This document shows, piece after piece, positions 1 through 9,874 of a DNA stretch of 64,000 nucleotides (the stretch's first letter is position 1; every line of letters begins with the position of its first letter). This stretch comes from an uncultured Planctomycetaceae bacterium (GTDB lineage: Bacteria; Planctomycetota; Planctomycetia; Planctomycetales; Planctomycetaceae), in contig CAWFGE010000013.1 of the NCBI GenBank assembly GCA_963815195.1, positions 128,001-192,000 on the forward strand, written 5' to 3'. The position numbers were made by a program, and so were the translations under genes. Below the pieces are notes generated by a model. It was not told the DNA's origin, searched no databases, and was given only the letters and a program-made list of their open reading frames with translations.

Positions 1-656
1 GTCAGCCTCACGATGACCTTCGTGCAAATGCCGAACGTGCCTTCGCTGCCGACGAACAGGCCGGTCAAATCGTAGCCGGGCCGTTCCTCGACCGGCCCGC
101 CGAGCCTTTGCACCGTGCCGTCGGGAAGCACGACTTCCAAACCCAAGACATGGTTGACCGTCACGCCATATTTCAAAGTATGCGGGCCGCCGGAGTTGGT
201 GGCCACGTTTCCGCCGATCGTGCAAGCCCCCTGACTCGAGGGATCGGGGGCATAATGATAGCCGGTGCCCTTGAGGTGCTGCGTGAGGTGCACGTTGACC
301 AGGCCGGGCTCCACGATCGCGTAGCGGTCCCGCAGGTTGACCTCGAGTATTTTCCGCATCCGTGTGAGGGCGATCATCACCCCGCCGCCCACCGGCAAAC
401 AACCGCCCGCCAAACTCGTCCCCGCCCCCCGCGGCACAAAGGGCACCTCAAACTCGTTGCAGGTCTTGACGATCGCCACCACGTCTTCCGTCGACCGCGG
501 AAACACCACCACATCCGGCGTTTTCTTCTCGACGACGTAACCGTCGCATTCGTAAACCAGGAGCTCATCGGGATGATAGATCACCCCGTCCTCGCCCACG
601 ATTTCGCGAAAACGGTCTAACAGTCGATGCGGAGCGAATGCGGCCGGCGGCGTCAT
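1..656 (-). CDS. glcD: FAD-linked oxidase, glycolate oxidase subunit GlcD-like (runs off window edge)
   Basis: Not in ORF track. Manual translation from ATG at 656: MTPPAAFAPH..YECDG..PDVVVFP..PRGAGTSLAGG..YAPDPSSQGACTIGGNVATNSGGPHTLKYG..FVGSEGTFG. Confidence 0.8.
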   Translation of the reverse strand, partial: MTPPAAFAPHRLLDRFREIVGEDGVIYHPDELLVYECDGYVVEKKTPDVVVFPRSTEDVVAIVKTCNEFEVPFVPRGAGTSLAGGCLPVGGGVMIALTRMRKILEVNLRDRYAIVEPGLVNVHLTQHLKGTGYHYAPDPSSQGACTIGGNVATNSGGPHTLKYGVTVNHVLGLEVVLPDGTVQRLGGPVEERPGYDLTGLFVGSEGTFGICTKVIVRL

Positions 657-741
657 GGAGCGGTTGGTGCTATCTTCAAGGATTGTGATACGCTACAACC
701 AACAGGCGGGACAATTCACACAGTAGAACCGGGAGAGAGGC

Positions 742-1575
742 GTGTCAACGGAGATCGAAAGCGGGCCGCGGATAGGACTGATCGGCACGGGGCGGATGGC
801 GACGGCTTTGGCGCGGGGGTGGGTGCAGTCGGGCTGGCTGGCGGCGGAGAACGTCCGCGGGACCGATGTGCTGCCGGCCGCGCGGGAGCAGTTTACCAAA
901 GCGACAGCGTGCCGGACGGTGGCAACAGTCTCCGAAGTCTTGACCGATTCGGAGGTGGTCGTCCTGGCGGTGAAGCCTCAGCACATGGGCGGCGTGCTGG
1001 CGGAGATGCGGGCCCTCGTCGCAGAGAAGCATCTGATCGTTTCGATCGCCGCGGGCGTGCCGTTGGGGGCGTTGAGCGAAACCTTGGGCTCAGACCGCCG
1101 GCTCGTGCGGGTCATGCCCAACACGCCCGCTTTGATCGGAGCCGGGGCGGCGGCATTCGCCCTGGGCGGCCAGGCGACCCCGGCGGATGCCCAACTTGTC
1201 GAGCAAATGCTCTCCACCGTGGGCCTGGCGGTCGAGGTGCCCGAAAGCCTGCTAGATGCGGTCACCGGGCTTTCCGGCAGCGGGCCGGCTTATGTGTATC
1301 AGATCATCGAAGCCCTAAGCGACGGCGGCGTGCGGGTGGGCTTGCCCCGCGACATCGCCACCAAGCTCGCGGCTCAGACCGTGCTCGGAGCCGCGCGGAT
1401 GGTCCTGGAAACCGGGGAGCATCCGGGAACGCTCAAGGATGCGGTGACGAGTCCCGGCGGCACCACGATTGCGGGGCTGCATGCCCTGGAAGCCGGCGGC
1501 GTGCGCGGGCATCTCATCAACGCCGTCGTCGCCGCCACCCAGCGCTCCCGCGAACTGGGGCAGTCGCCGAAATGA
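742..1575 (+). CDS. proC: pyrroline-5-carboxylate reductase
   Basis: IGLIGTGRMA, VVLAVKPQ, RVMPNTP, GLSGSGPAY, VTSPGGTT motifs. Confidence 0.95.
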   Translation: MSTEIESGPRIGLIGTGRMATALARGWVQSGWLAAENVRGTDVLPAAREQFTKATACRTVATVSEVLTDSEVVVLAVKPQHMGGVLAEMRALVAEKHLIVSIAAGVPLGALSETLGSDRRLVRVMPNTPALIGAGAAAFALGGQATPADAQLVEQMLSTVGLAVEVPESLLDAVTGLSGSGPAYVYQIIEALSDGGVRVGLPRDIATKLAAQTVLGAARMVLETGEHPGTLKDAVTSPGGTTIAGLHALEAGGVRGHLINAVVAATQRSRELGQSPK

Positions 1576-1651
1576 GCGGTGCGGCGCTAGCCGGCCTTGC
1601 GTTTCAACGACTTCCGTTCCTCAACACCCGCGGCTAGCGCCGAACGGCTCA
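1573..1651. repeat. REP-like palindrome family A (TGAGCGGyrCGGCGCTAGCC...GGCTAGCGCCGTGCCGCTCA), copy 1
   Basis: Inverted arms between convergent proC and xth; its terminal TGA is the proC stop. Confidence 0.8.
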
Positions 1652-1656
1652 CACTT

Positions 1657-2421
1657 TCAGCAGAGATCGATCGACACCGGGGCGTGGTCGGAAATCGTGA
1701 GGCCGCCTTCGCGGTGGATGACCGCCGACTCGAACCGCTTATGGGCGGCGGCGTTGGCGAGGAGGTAATCGATCCGCCAGCCGCGGTCGAGTGCGCGGGC
1801 CTGCCCGCGGTTGGACCACCAGGAATAAGGCCCCTGGCAGTCGCCGTAATGCTCGCGGACCACGTCCCGCCAACCGGTGTCCAAAAGCTGGCCGAACCAT
1901 TCCCGCTCGTGCGGCAGAAACCCGGAGGTGTTCTCGTTGGACTTCGCGTAGAAAATGTCCTTCTCGGTGTGGGCGATGTTCAAGTCGCCTCCGAAAACGA
2001 CCGGCGTTCGCTTTCGCAAAAACTTCCTCGCCCAAGGCAGGAAACCTTCCATCCAGAGTTCTTTCTGCTCCTGGCGGTGATCGCCCGAAGAACCCGAGGG
2101 CAAATACACGCTGGCGATCTCGAGGCCCGAAACCTTCACGCGGAGCAGTCGGCCTTCGGGATCGTCCTGATCCATCCCCCGCCCCAGAACTTCAAACGGC
2201 TCCCGCGACCAGACCGCGACGCCGGAGTACCCCTTCCGCTCGGCGGGATGCCAGTGGACGTGCCAGCCTGAGGGATTGGCCCATTCGGGCGGGAGTTGCT
2301 CCGGGAGCACGCGGATTTCCTGAAGCAACAGGACGTCCGGCTGGATGGTCTCCAAAAACTCGGCGAAGCCCTTCCGCAATGCCGACCGGAGCCCGTTGAC
2401 GTTCCATGTTGTAATCCGCAT
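1657..2421 (-). CDS. xth: exodeoxyribonuclease III / AP endonuclease
   Basis: TWNVNGLR, LQE, GYSGVA, GDLN, WRIDY, SDHAP motifs. Confidence 0.95.
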   Translation of the reverse strand: MRITTWNVNGLRSALRKGFAEFLETIQPDVLLLQEIRVLPEQLPPEWANPSGWHVHWHPAERKGYSGVAVWSREPFEVLGRGMDQDDPEGRLLRVKVSGLEIASVYLPSGSSGDHRQEQKELWMEGFLPWARKFLRKRTPVVFGGDLNIAHTEKDIFYAKSNENTSGFLPHEREWFGQLLDTGWRDVVREHYGDCQGPYSWWSNRGQARALDRGWRIDYLLANAAAHKRFESAVIHREGGLTISDHAPVSIDLC

Positions 2422-2470
2422 AAGCCATCGCCAATCGAGCCGCTGCCTGTCTTTTGCCCTAAGCCAACAC

Positions 2471-2494
2471 CGGCGGCTAGCGCCGTGCCGCTCA
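2471..2494. repeat. REP-like family A, solo arm
   Basis: CGGCGGCTAGCGCCGTGCCGCTCA. Confidence 0.7.
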
Positions 2495-2513
2495 AGATAC
2501 GCGATCGGACGGG

Positions 2514-2756
2514 CTATTCCGCCTCCGGGTTTTCCGCTTGCTGGCGTTCCTCTTCGCGGAACTGGTTTCGGGCGTGTTCCAAAACTGCCTCGAACGAGGC
2601 CCCGGTGCGCTTGCAGATGTGCATAATGTCGGTGAGCAAATAGGTCATCGCGACATCGACCGGTTCGCCGCCCAATCCTTCCGGCAACCAGCTATAATGC
2701 CGAGACCGAATCACCGCCTGCACATCGTCGAGCCAGTTGCTGCGATTGACCGTCAT
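2514..2756 (-). CDS. hypothetical protein (80 aa)
   Basis: ATG with GAGGAG RBS upstream; plausible helical protein. Confidence 0.65.
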   Translation of the reverse strand: MTVNRSNWLDDVQAVIRSRHYSWLPEGLGGEPVDVAMTYLLTDIMHICKRTGASFEAVLEHARNQFREEERQQAENPEAE

Positions 2757-2972
2757 ATTTGTCTCCTCTCAAAGTGTCTGTGGAAGCTGCGATTCTATCC
2801 GGTCGCAAAGTCGTTGACGATGCGGAGGCGGAGACTGCCGAATCGCATTATCGCTTGTTTTTCCCGTCAAATAATGTTCTCATTTCCCAGACTACTGTAC
2901 ACGCAATCTGTCAAGATCCTGTTCCGCATTGGGGTGAGAGACTGCGCATCCGAAAAAACTGGGGTTTGGACG

Positions 2973-3284
2973 ATGGAGGCGGATAATTCGACGAATCGGA
3001 AGAACCCCGATTGGTGGGAACCGCTTTGGGATTTGGTGGTTCATGTCCTTGTGGGTACGTTGCTTTTCGCCATCGTTTTCGCCCCAGCGGTGGGGTTGGA
3101 AATCCTGATTCACTGGTTGGAAGAAAACTATCGCCTTAGCCAATTCCTAATCTACTTGCTGGTTTACACAAAGTATATAATTGCAGCAATTGATGCCATC
3201 TTGTATGTTCTGTTTATGATCCGGATGGGGTGGCAATTCTTCGCTTCATTATTTCATATCGAAAGAACAGAAGGCGATGCTTAA
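2973..3284 (+). CDS. hypothetical membrane protein (103 aa, two hydrophobic segments)
   Basis: MEADNSTNRK..; AT-rich; two TM-like stretches. Confidence 0.55.
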   Translation: MEADNSTNRKNPDWWEPLWDLVVHVLVGTLLFAIVFAPAVGLEILIHWLEENYRLSQFLIYLLVYTKYIIAAIDAILYVLFMIRMGWQFFASLFHIERTEGDA

Positions 3285-3462
3285 CTCCTCGGCGTTTTGG
3301 AAACTCACGCGAAAAGCAGTCCGCGATGCCGTGCGGGAATTCTTCTGGCCGTTGAAAGTCCTGTTTCAGGGATTCGCGAGTTTTATTCGTCACGTCAGAA
3401 CCAATCCCGCCAGGCAAGAGACCAATCGGTCGAATCAGGTGGAGCAATCCAATCAGAAGTAA
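3277..3462 (+). CDS. hypothetical protein (61 aa)
   Basis: Overlaps upstream stop by 8 nt, with GAAGG RBS. Confidence 0.4.
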   Translation: MLNSSAFWKLTRKAVRDAVREFFWPLKVLFQGFASFIRHVRTNPARQETNRSNQVEQSNQK

Positions 3463-3616
3463 GATCCGGTTCCCGGAAATTTTGAACGCGGCAACGATCG
3501 TCCCGTTGCCGCGTTTTGTTTGCCCGTAATCTTGCCGTCCCGATCGGAGATTGACAGCGTGTGTCAAATCCACATTCATCGGCGTTTCTAACTCTAAATT
3601 TGGGAGGAGTCCGGAA

Positions 3617-4954
3617 ATGCGGACGCTGATTAAAAACGCCGAGTGTGTTTTGCCGACGGGGCTTCATCGCGGGTCGGTTTTGGTGGAGGATGGAAAGATT
3701 CTCGCGATCGATCCGCCGGCAAGCGCGGCGGTGGATGAGACCATTGATGCTAAGGGCCTCTATTTGCTGCCGGGGGTGATCGACGACCAGGTGCATTTTC
3801 GCGATCCGGGCTTGACCCACAAAGAGGATCTGCACACCGGGAGCCTGGCCTGCGCCAAGGGCGGCGTGACGACGTTTTTGGAAATGCCCAACACCAAGCC
3901 CGCGACGATCACGCGGGAATGTCTTTATGAAAAACTCGAACTCGCCGCGGAAAAGTGCGTGGTGAATTTTGGGTTTTATATCGGGGCCACGCCTCGGAAT
4001 GTCGAAGAACTCAAAACCGCCGACCGCACGCCGGGGATCAAGATTTTCATCGGCTCGAGCACGGGCGATTTGCTGGTCGATGAGCAGGAGGCTTTGGAGC
4101 GGATCTTCGCGGAGACCACGCTTCCGATCTGCGCCCACTGCGAAGATGAAGCCACCGTGCGGGCGAATGCGAAAGCCTTGGACGGCGGAAAAGACCTCCG
4201 CGACCATTCGCGAATCCGCGATCATGCCGCCGCCGTCATCGCGACCCGGCGGGCGATGGATTTGGCGAAGAGGCATCGGCACCGCTTTCATGTGCTGCAC
4301 GTTTCCACGGCCGATGAGGTGGAGTTGTTAAAGCAGCACGGGGAATACGTCACCGCCGAGGCCTGCCCGCATCACCTGTTCTTCAATGTGGACGATTATG
4401 ACCGCCTGGGTTCGCGGGTGCAGATGAATCCATCCATCAAAACCAAAGCCGACAACGAAGCCCTCTGGCAGGCCCTGCGGGAGAACATCATCCAAGTCGT
4501 CGCCACCGACCATGCCCCGCATACGCTCGAAGAAAAAGCTCGGCCCTATCCGGAGTCGCCTTCGGGATTGCCCGCGGTGGAAAACTCGCTGGCACTCATG
4601 CTCGACGCCGCGCACCGCGGGCTGTGCACTTTGGAGCAAGTCGTTTCCTGGATGTGCGACGCCCCCGCGCGGGTGTGGGACATTGTGGACAAAGGCCGTA
4701 TCGCCGAGGGCTATGATGCGGATCTCGTGCTGGTCGATCTCGATCGCCGGGCGACAATCCGCGATGCCGAGCAGGTCACGAAGTCCGGCTGGAGTCCCTG
4801 GGACGGCGTCACGCTCACCGGCTGGCCGGTCAAAACCTGGGTGGGCGGAAAGCTTGTGTTCGACGAAGGGCGATTCGACAATACCCACCGCGGCCGGGAG
4901 GCCCGTTTCGATCACGCCCGCGGCGGGTATTGGAAATCCCTGGACACAGATTAG
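3617..4954 (+). CDS. pyrC: dihydroorotase (cyclic amidohydrolase family)
   Basis: [50 protein letters not shown] before ATG 3617. Confidence 0.85.
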   Translation: MRTLIKNAECVLPTGLHRGSVLVEDGKILAIDPPASAAVDETIDAKGLYLLPGVIDDQVHFRDPGLTHKEDLHTGSLACAKGGVTTFLEMPNTKPATITRECLYEKLELAAEKCVVNFGFYIGATPRNVEELKTADRTPGIKIFIGSSTGDLLVDEQEALERIFAETTLPICAHCEDEATVRANAKALDGGKDLRDHSRIRDHAAAVIATRRAMDLAKRHRHRFHVLHVSTADEVELLKQHGEYVTAEACPHHLFFNVDDYDRLGSRVQMNPSIKTKADNEALWQALRENIIQVVATDHAPHTLEEKARPYPESPSGLPAVENSLALMLDAAHRGLCTLEQVVSWMCDAPARVWDIVDKGRIAEGYDADLVLVDLDRRATIRDAEQVTKSGWSPWDGVTLTGWPVKTWVGGKLVFDEGRFDNTHRGREARFDHARGGYWKSLDTD

Positions 4955-5307
4955 AACGTGGGAGTTTCCACGTGCGCGGTGCCGGTCGGGTTTTCGTCCG
5001 CTTGCCCGTCGGTGCGAGGCAGCGGGATCCGCTGGGGCGGCTGGGAAGGTTTTTGAGGCCCCGCTTTTTTCGGAGAAAATGCCCCCAGCCAGTTCGACCA
5101 GACGGACGGTTTGGATTCCTCGGCACCAGTCTGGGAAGCGGCGGGTTCGATGCGGGTTGCAACCGGGTCGGGAATTGAACTCGCCGGGGCCTCGGCTTGG
5201 GCGGGTCTTGGCTTCGGTTTCTCGCCCGCGACAAACGTGCGGTCTGGGGAAAGACAGCCGGTGAGGGTGGCGCAGAAAGAAATCAAAATGACGAACTGCC
5301 AGAGCAT
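4951..5307 (-). CDS. hypothetical Pro-rich lipoprotein
   Basis: Hydrophobic signal plus LTGC lipobox. Confidence 0.55.
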   Translation of the reverse strand: MLWQFVILISFCATLTGCLSPDRTFVAGEKPKPRPAQAEAPASSIPDPVATRIEPAASQTGAEESKPSVWSNWLGAFSPKKAGPQKPSQPPQRIPLPRTDGQADENPTGTAHVETPTF

Positions 5308-5391
5308 CTCGAGTTTCCTTTCCCGCAGAACAGGAACGGTGGAACCCCCTCGATTTCGGAACTTAAAGGCTGACAGAACCTTGCGCGGGTT

Positions 5392-5583
5392 TCAGAAGGA
5401 ATCCGCGTTCGTGTTCGCGGGGGCGCTTCGCCCGGGATTTTCCAGCGGCGGCTCGGTTTGGGGGGGCGGTCCGCCGAACTTGGGCAGGCCGTCAAACACA
5501 TTGGGCGACGTCGACCAGGGGCAGCCCGTCAACATCAAACTCGTCAAGACCAACGCACTGAGTAGAAAGAAAGACTTGCGCAT
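5392..5583 (-). CDS. small hypothetical lipoprotein (63 aa)
   Basis: MRKSFFLLSALVLTSLMLTGC lipobox; GAGG RBS. Confidence 0.6.
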   Translation of the reverse strand: MRKSFFLLSALVLTSLMLTGCPWSTSPNVFDGLPKFGGPPPQTEPPLENPGRSAPANTNADSF

Positions 5584-5844
5584 CTGCCGGCTTCCTCTTG
5601 AAACCCCAAACCGCGAAACACACGAGGTTCCGGCCCCTCAGACATCCTGCCTGGGAAGCATCCGGCCTAAGAACGTAACAGGAACGGCCCAACGTGAGAA
5701 GTCCAGATTCCGCGAAAAAATGGATCTCGGCCTTGGCGATTCAACAAAACCATCGTTCACAAAATGATTCTGTGAACCATGATTCTGTGATGAAAATTGG
5801 ATTCCCCATTTTGTGATGACACCAAGGGCCGACCGCTGAGCCCG

Positions 5845-6684
5845 TTAAATGTCCGGATTGAGAATTGCCCGCGCCCAGAGGTAGGCGACGACGTTCAGAA
5901 CGAGCGCGGCACAGAGCATGATTTGTCCGGGAACCGTCGTAAACAGCCGTTCGGTGTTTTCCTGGTCGATAACGAAATAGTACATCGCCAAAATCACCAA
6001 GGGAGCCAAGGCCATATAAACGGCGGAGGAGCGGGCCTGGGCGGTTTCCGAGCGGATTTTTCGTTCGAGCCGCTGGAGTTCCCGCACCGAATGGGCGATG
6101 CGGTCCACCGTCTCGTTCAACCGGCCGCCGCTTTCCCGGCTGGCTTCCATCGCGGCGGCGAACAGGGCAAAGTTTTCGCTCCGCAATCGCTCTTTGGTTT
6201 CGACGAGGCAGCGTTCCATCGGCTTTCCCAGTTGATATTCGCCGTGCATTTGCTGGAACTCCTGGCAGATGGGGCGAGGCGTTTGCTGGGCGAGAATCTC
6301 GATCGCCTGGGCCAAAGACAGGCCCGCTTTGATCGCGCTCGACAGCGAGACCATCGCATCGGCGAGCTGGTCTTCGATTTTCTCCGCCCGGCGTTCGGCC
6401 ATCCGCCGGACGACATACCAGGGCAGACTGAGAAGCAATCCACAAACTCCCAGCCCCAGCACGAACATGTCCCACAACACCCAGAACACCAGAAACACCC
6501 CGGCGACAAACGCCAGCCAGCTTAGCAGATACGCCCGCAGGCGCACGGTTTTGATCCGCAGCCGCCGCAGCTTGTCGCGAAAATCCGCCTCGACGGACGC
6601 CAGCCAACCGCGGTAGAGATCCGCCCCCGCAACCGCCGCGAGCGCAACGGCCAGTCCAATCAAAATGCTGGAGATTGAGGGCAT
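5845..6684 (-). CDS. tadB: Tad/T2SS F-family inner membrane protein (TadB-like)
   Basis: EDQLADAMVSLSSAIKAGLSLAQA, ESGGRL, terminal TM helices; lies downstream of tadA. Confidence 0.85.
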   Translation of the reverse strand: MPSISSILIGLAVALAAVAGADLYRGWLASVEADFRDKLRRLRIKTVRLRAYLLSWLAFVAGVFLVFWVLWDMFVLGLGVCGLLLSLPWYVVRRMAERRAEKIEDQLADAMVSLSSAIKAGLSLAQAIEILAQQTPRPICQEFQQMHGEYQLGKPMERCLVETKERLRSENFALFAAAMEASRESGGRLNETVDRIAHSVRELQRLERKIRSETAQARSSAVYMALAPLVILAMYYFVIDQENTERLFTTVPGQIMLCAALVLNVVAYLWARAILNPDI

Positions 6685-6707
6685 AGTTTGGGCCAGAAAA
6701 ACTCGGT

Positions 6708-6790
6708 GTGAGCGGCACGGCGCTCGCCGCCGGTCTTGACTTGGATACCTTTCGCTTCATCGAAACCGGAGGCTAGCGCCTACCGCTCAC
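6708..6790. repeat. REP-like family A, copy
   Basis: GTGAGCGGCACGGCGCTCGCCGCCGG...CCGGAGGCTAGCGCCTACCGCTCAC. Confidence 0.8.
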
Positions 6791-6909
6791 GTTTTCAAAC
6801 ACTTTCTAAACTCCGCCGCGCCGTAGAACACGCAAGCTTGACCCCCCATCAGCAGGTGCCGAACCGCGTGGGCCTCTTCCAATCGTTTCAAGCGTTCTTC
6901 GGGCGTCAT
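6787..6909 (-). pseudogene. 40-aa remnant resembling a nucleotidyltransferase N-terminus
   Basis: Manual translation MTPEERLKRLEEAHAVRHLLMGGQACVFYGAAEFRKCLKT*; the stop is supplied by the REP end. Confidence 0.45.
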
Positions 6910-7036
6910 GGCGATCTCGGGGTTTCAAAAGGCGTCGGGAGCCGCGTTCCATAACTTTCATCATATCGAAACGGTCAGATTGTATTCCACGTCGATTCCC
7001 GATCGACAGAACCAGCCGGCTGGCGCGGCCGGTCGC

Positions 7037-8933
7037 CTATTCTTTCTCCCAGCCGCCGTATAAGAATTCCAGCCGCAACAGGTCGCGGTCGATGAGGGCG
7101 TCGATGAAGCTGGGCAGATAGCCGGTGGGTCTTAAAGCCTGGTCGTCGCGGTCGTTGAAGATGTCGACGACGGTGAGTCCCTCGCGGACGGGATCGTAGC
7201 CGGCGACTTCGGAGATTTGCGACACGACCCGCCGGCCGCCGGGCTTGCGGTGGATCTGCACGACGACATCGATGGCGGAGGCGATTTGATGCTGGATCGC
7301 CGCCACCGGCAGATCGACCGCCATCAACACCAAAACTTCCAACCGCTTGAGCACATCGACAGTGCTGTTGGCGTGAATGGTGGTCATCGAACCGTCGTGG
7401 CCGGTGTTCATCGCTTGCAGCATGTCGAGGGCTTCGCCGCCCCGGCATTCGCCGACGAGAATCCGGTCCGGCCGCATCCGGAGCGCATTCCGCACGAGAT
7501 CGCGGATCGTATATTCCCCGGTGCCTTCCACGTTCGGCGGCTTGGTTTCCAGGGTGACGACGTGGTCCTGGTGCAGCTTGAGTTCCTGGGTGTCTTCGAT
7601 GGTCACGATCCGGTCGCGGTGCGGAATGAAGCTGGACAGCACGTTGAGCATCGTCGTTTTCCCGGTGCCCGTGCCGCCGCTGACCAGGATGTTTCGCCGG
7701 TCGATCACGCACGCCCGCAGAAAAAGCGCGGCCGCGCTGGGCAACGTGCCTTTTTCGATGAGGTCGTCCATCGTGAATCGGCGGACGGGGAACTTGCGGA
7801 TCGTCAGGCACGGACCGCGGACGGCGAGCGGGGGGATGATCGCATTCACCCGGCTGCCGTCGGGAAGGCGGGCATCGACCAGCGGCTGGCTTTTGTCGAT
7901 TCTTCTGCCGACCTGGGCCACGATGCGTTCGATGATGGATTCGGTGACCTTGTCCGAAATAAACCGCCGGCCCGAAAGTTCCACCACGCCGTCGCGCTCC
8001 ACGTAAATCTGGTCGCTTTTGACGACCATGATTTCGCTGATCGTCGGTGCGCGGAGCAAATCCTGCAAGGGGCCAAAGCCGAACACCGTGTCCTTCAGAT
8101 CTTTTTTGAGTGAGCGGAGAATCAGATAGCGTTTGAGTTCCTGATGCAAATGCGGGCGGACGAGCGGAAAGACGTCGGCGAACTTGTGCTCCACCTGGCT
8201 GATTTTCCCGCTGAGATCCGGCTGCGAAAGCAAATCCAACCGCTCCCGCGCGAAGTGCAGCAGGTTGTCGAGTTCGGTTTCGCGTTCGGGAACCAAGGTG
8301 GCGGGCACGTCGAACTCGTTGTACGTCAGCCGGGCCAAGGTGTCGAGTTCGTCCCGGTCGCTTTCCAGGATCAACTGATTGACCAATAAGTCCCGGAGCG
8401 TCAGGCCCACGATCTCTTCCAACAGCGGATCGTTTTCCGGGCCGAAGAGTTCCAACTCCCGGCAGACATCTTCGATCTGGCGCTCCAAGAGCAAAATGCT
8501 TTCCGTATCGCCCATCCGCCGGCTTTCGAGTTCGTAAAGATCGAACCGCTCCAAGAGCTTCGCATGCACGCGGAGTTCCAGGTCGGCCATGATCGACCGC
8601 AGATGGGCTTCCATCTCGGCCCGGCTGATGGGGGCGGCTTCTTCGGATTCGAACGTCAGCGTGTAAGGCCAAATCCGCACGGTCTCCCCGGGCGAGAACT
8701 CGAGCGACTCGCCGCCGATGATCTCCGCATCCCCGACCATGCAGTCTGTTGAGGCCGATGTTCTCCAGTCGCAGCTTGCCGTTCTCGCGATAGACGACCG
8801 CCTGATGTTTGGAGACGAGCGGACTGTTGAGCACGATCTGATTGGACCCATCCCGCCCGATGGCGATGGAATCGAGTTCGGTCTCCACCATCGACCGCCG
8901 GCTCTCGTGGACTTTGTTGAACCAGATTTTCAT
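7037..8933 (-). CDS. tadA: Tad pilus assembly ATPase CpaF/TadA with N-terminal FHA domain (frameshift near 8748)
   Basis: FHA signature IGR..SKHQA..N in the frame starting 8933; Walker A GGTGTGKT, TIED, RMRPDRILVGECRG and MNTGHDGSMTTIHAN in the second frame. Confidence 0.9.
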
Positions 8934-9011
8934 TTTGAAGAAGGCCGCAAAGGGGCAAAGGGCACACAGGCCACAAAGGGGGAAGGCAAGGGAATGGCAG
9001 CGTTGCGTTTG

Positions 9012-9361
9012 TTATTTGTTCTTGTCTTCGAGTTTACGGATGAGACTTGTGAGCATGCGTTCGATTTCTCGGGCAAGCTCGTCGAGTTCTGTGTCGAGTT
9101 CGCTCGGGCGATCAGGAGTTGGGTTTGGACCTCGCAAAGAGAACCTTCGGAGATGTGCAGAAACCGGATGTAGTCTTTGGTCGTGTGCCGGCCGTAGCCT
9201 TCGGCGATGTTGCTGGGAATGGAAACGGCACACCGGCGAATCTGCGCGGTCAGCCCGAATCTCTCGTCAGGGGGAAAGTTCCGGGTCATCTCATAAATCC
9301 GCGTCACAAACTCGACGGACTTTTGCCAGACAATCAGATCTCGATAAGACTGAATTGCCAT
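9012..9361 (-). pseudogene. four helix bundle protein (23S rRNA IVP family), copy with 19-bp deletion
   Basis: Matches 9506-9874 except for the missing CAGAAAATTGAGGTTCTTG and two synonymous SNPs. Confidence 0.85.
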
Positions 9362-9505
9362 GTCAATCCGCTTTCTGTTTTGGAGGAATGTCAACGCTTC
9401 ATGGAATCCTGTCTCCCCTTTGTGGCCTTCTGAAAAGGCCGCAAAGGGGCAAAGGCCACACAGGCCACAAAGGGGGAAGGCAAGGGAATGGCAGCGTTGC
9501 GTTTG

Positions 9506-9874
9506 TTATTTGTTCTTGTCTTCGAGTTTACGGATGAGACTTGTGAGCATGCGTTCGATTTCTCGGGCAAGCTCGTCGAGTTCTGTGTCGAGTTCGCTCG
9601 GCAGAAAATTGAGGTTCTTGGCGATCAGGAGTTGGGTTTGGACCTCGCAAAGAGAACCTTCGGAGATGTGCAGAAACCGGATGTAGTCTTTGGTCGTGTG
9701 CCGGCCGTAGCCTTCGGCGATGTTGCTGGGAATGGAAACGGCACACCGGCGAATCTGCGCGGTCAGCCCGAATCTCTCGTCCGGGGGAAAGTTCCGGGTC
9801 ATCTCATAAATCCGCGTCACAAACTCCACGGACTTTTGCCAGACAATCAGATCTCGATAAGACTGAATTGCCAT
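9506..9874 (-). CDS. four helix bundle protein (23S rRNA intervening-sequence protein family), 122 aa
   Basis: SYRDLIVWQKS, FPPDERFGLTAQIRRCAVSIPSNIAEGYGR, RFLHISEGSLCEVQTQL. Confidence 0.92.
   Translation of the reverse strand: MAIQSYRDLIVWQKSVEFVTRIYEMTRNFPPDERFGLTAQIRRCAVSIPSNIAEGYGRHTTKDYIRFLHISEGSLCEVQTQLLIAKNLNFLPSELDTELDELAREIERMLTSLIRKLEDKNK

Noticed and set aside
5600..5740. Cobalamin-riboswitch-like words (CTGGGAAG, AAGTCCAGA)
   Set aside because: Core elements are missing, the orientation is opposite to the flanking genes, and there is no B12-related gene.
9506..9874. 23S rRNA intervening sequence
   Set aside because: The flanks are protein-coding Tad genes; there is no rRNA sequence in the window.
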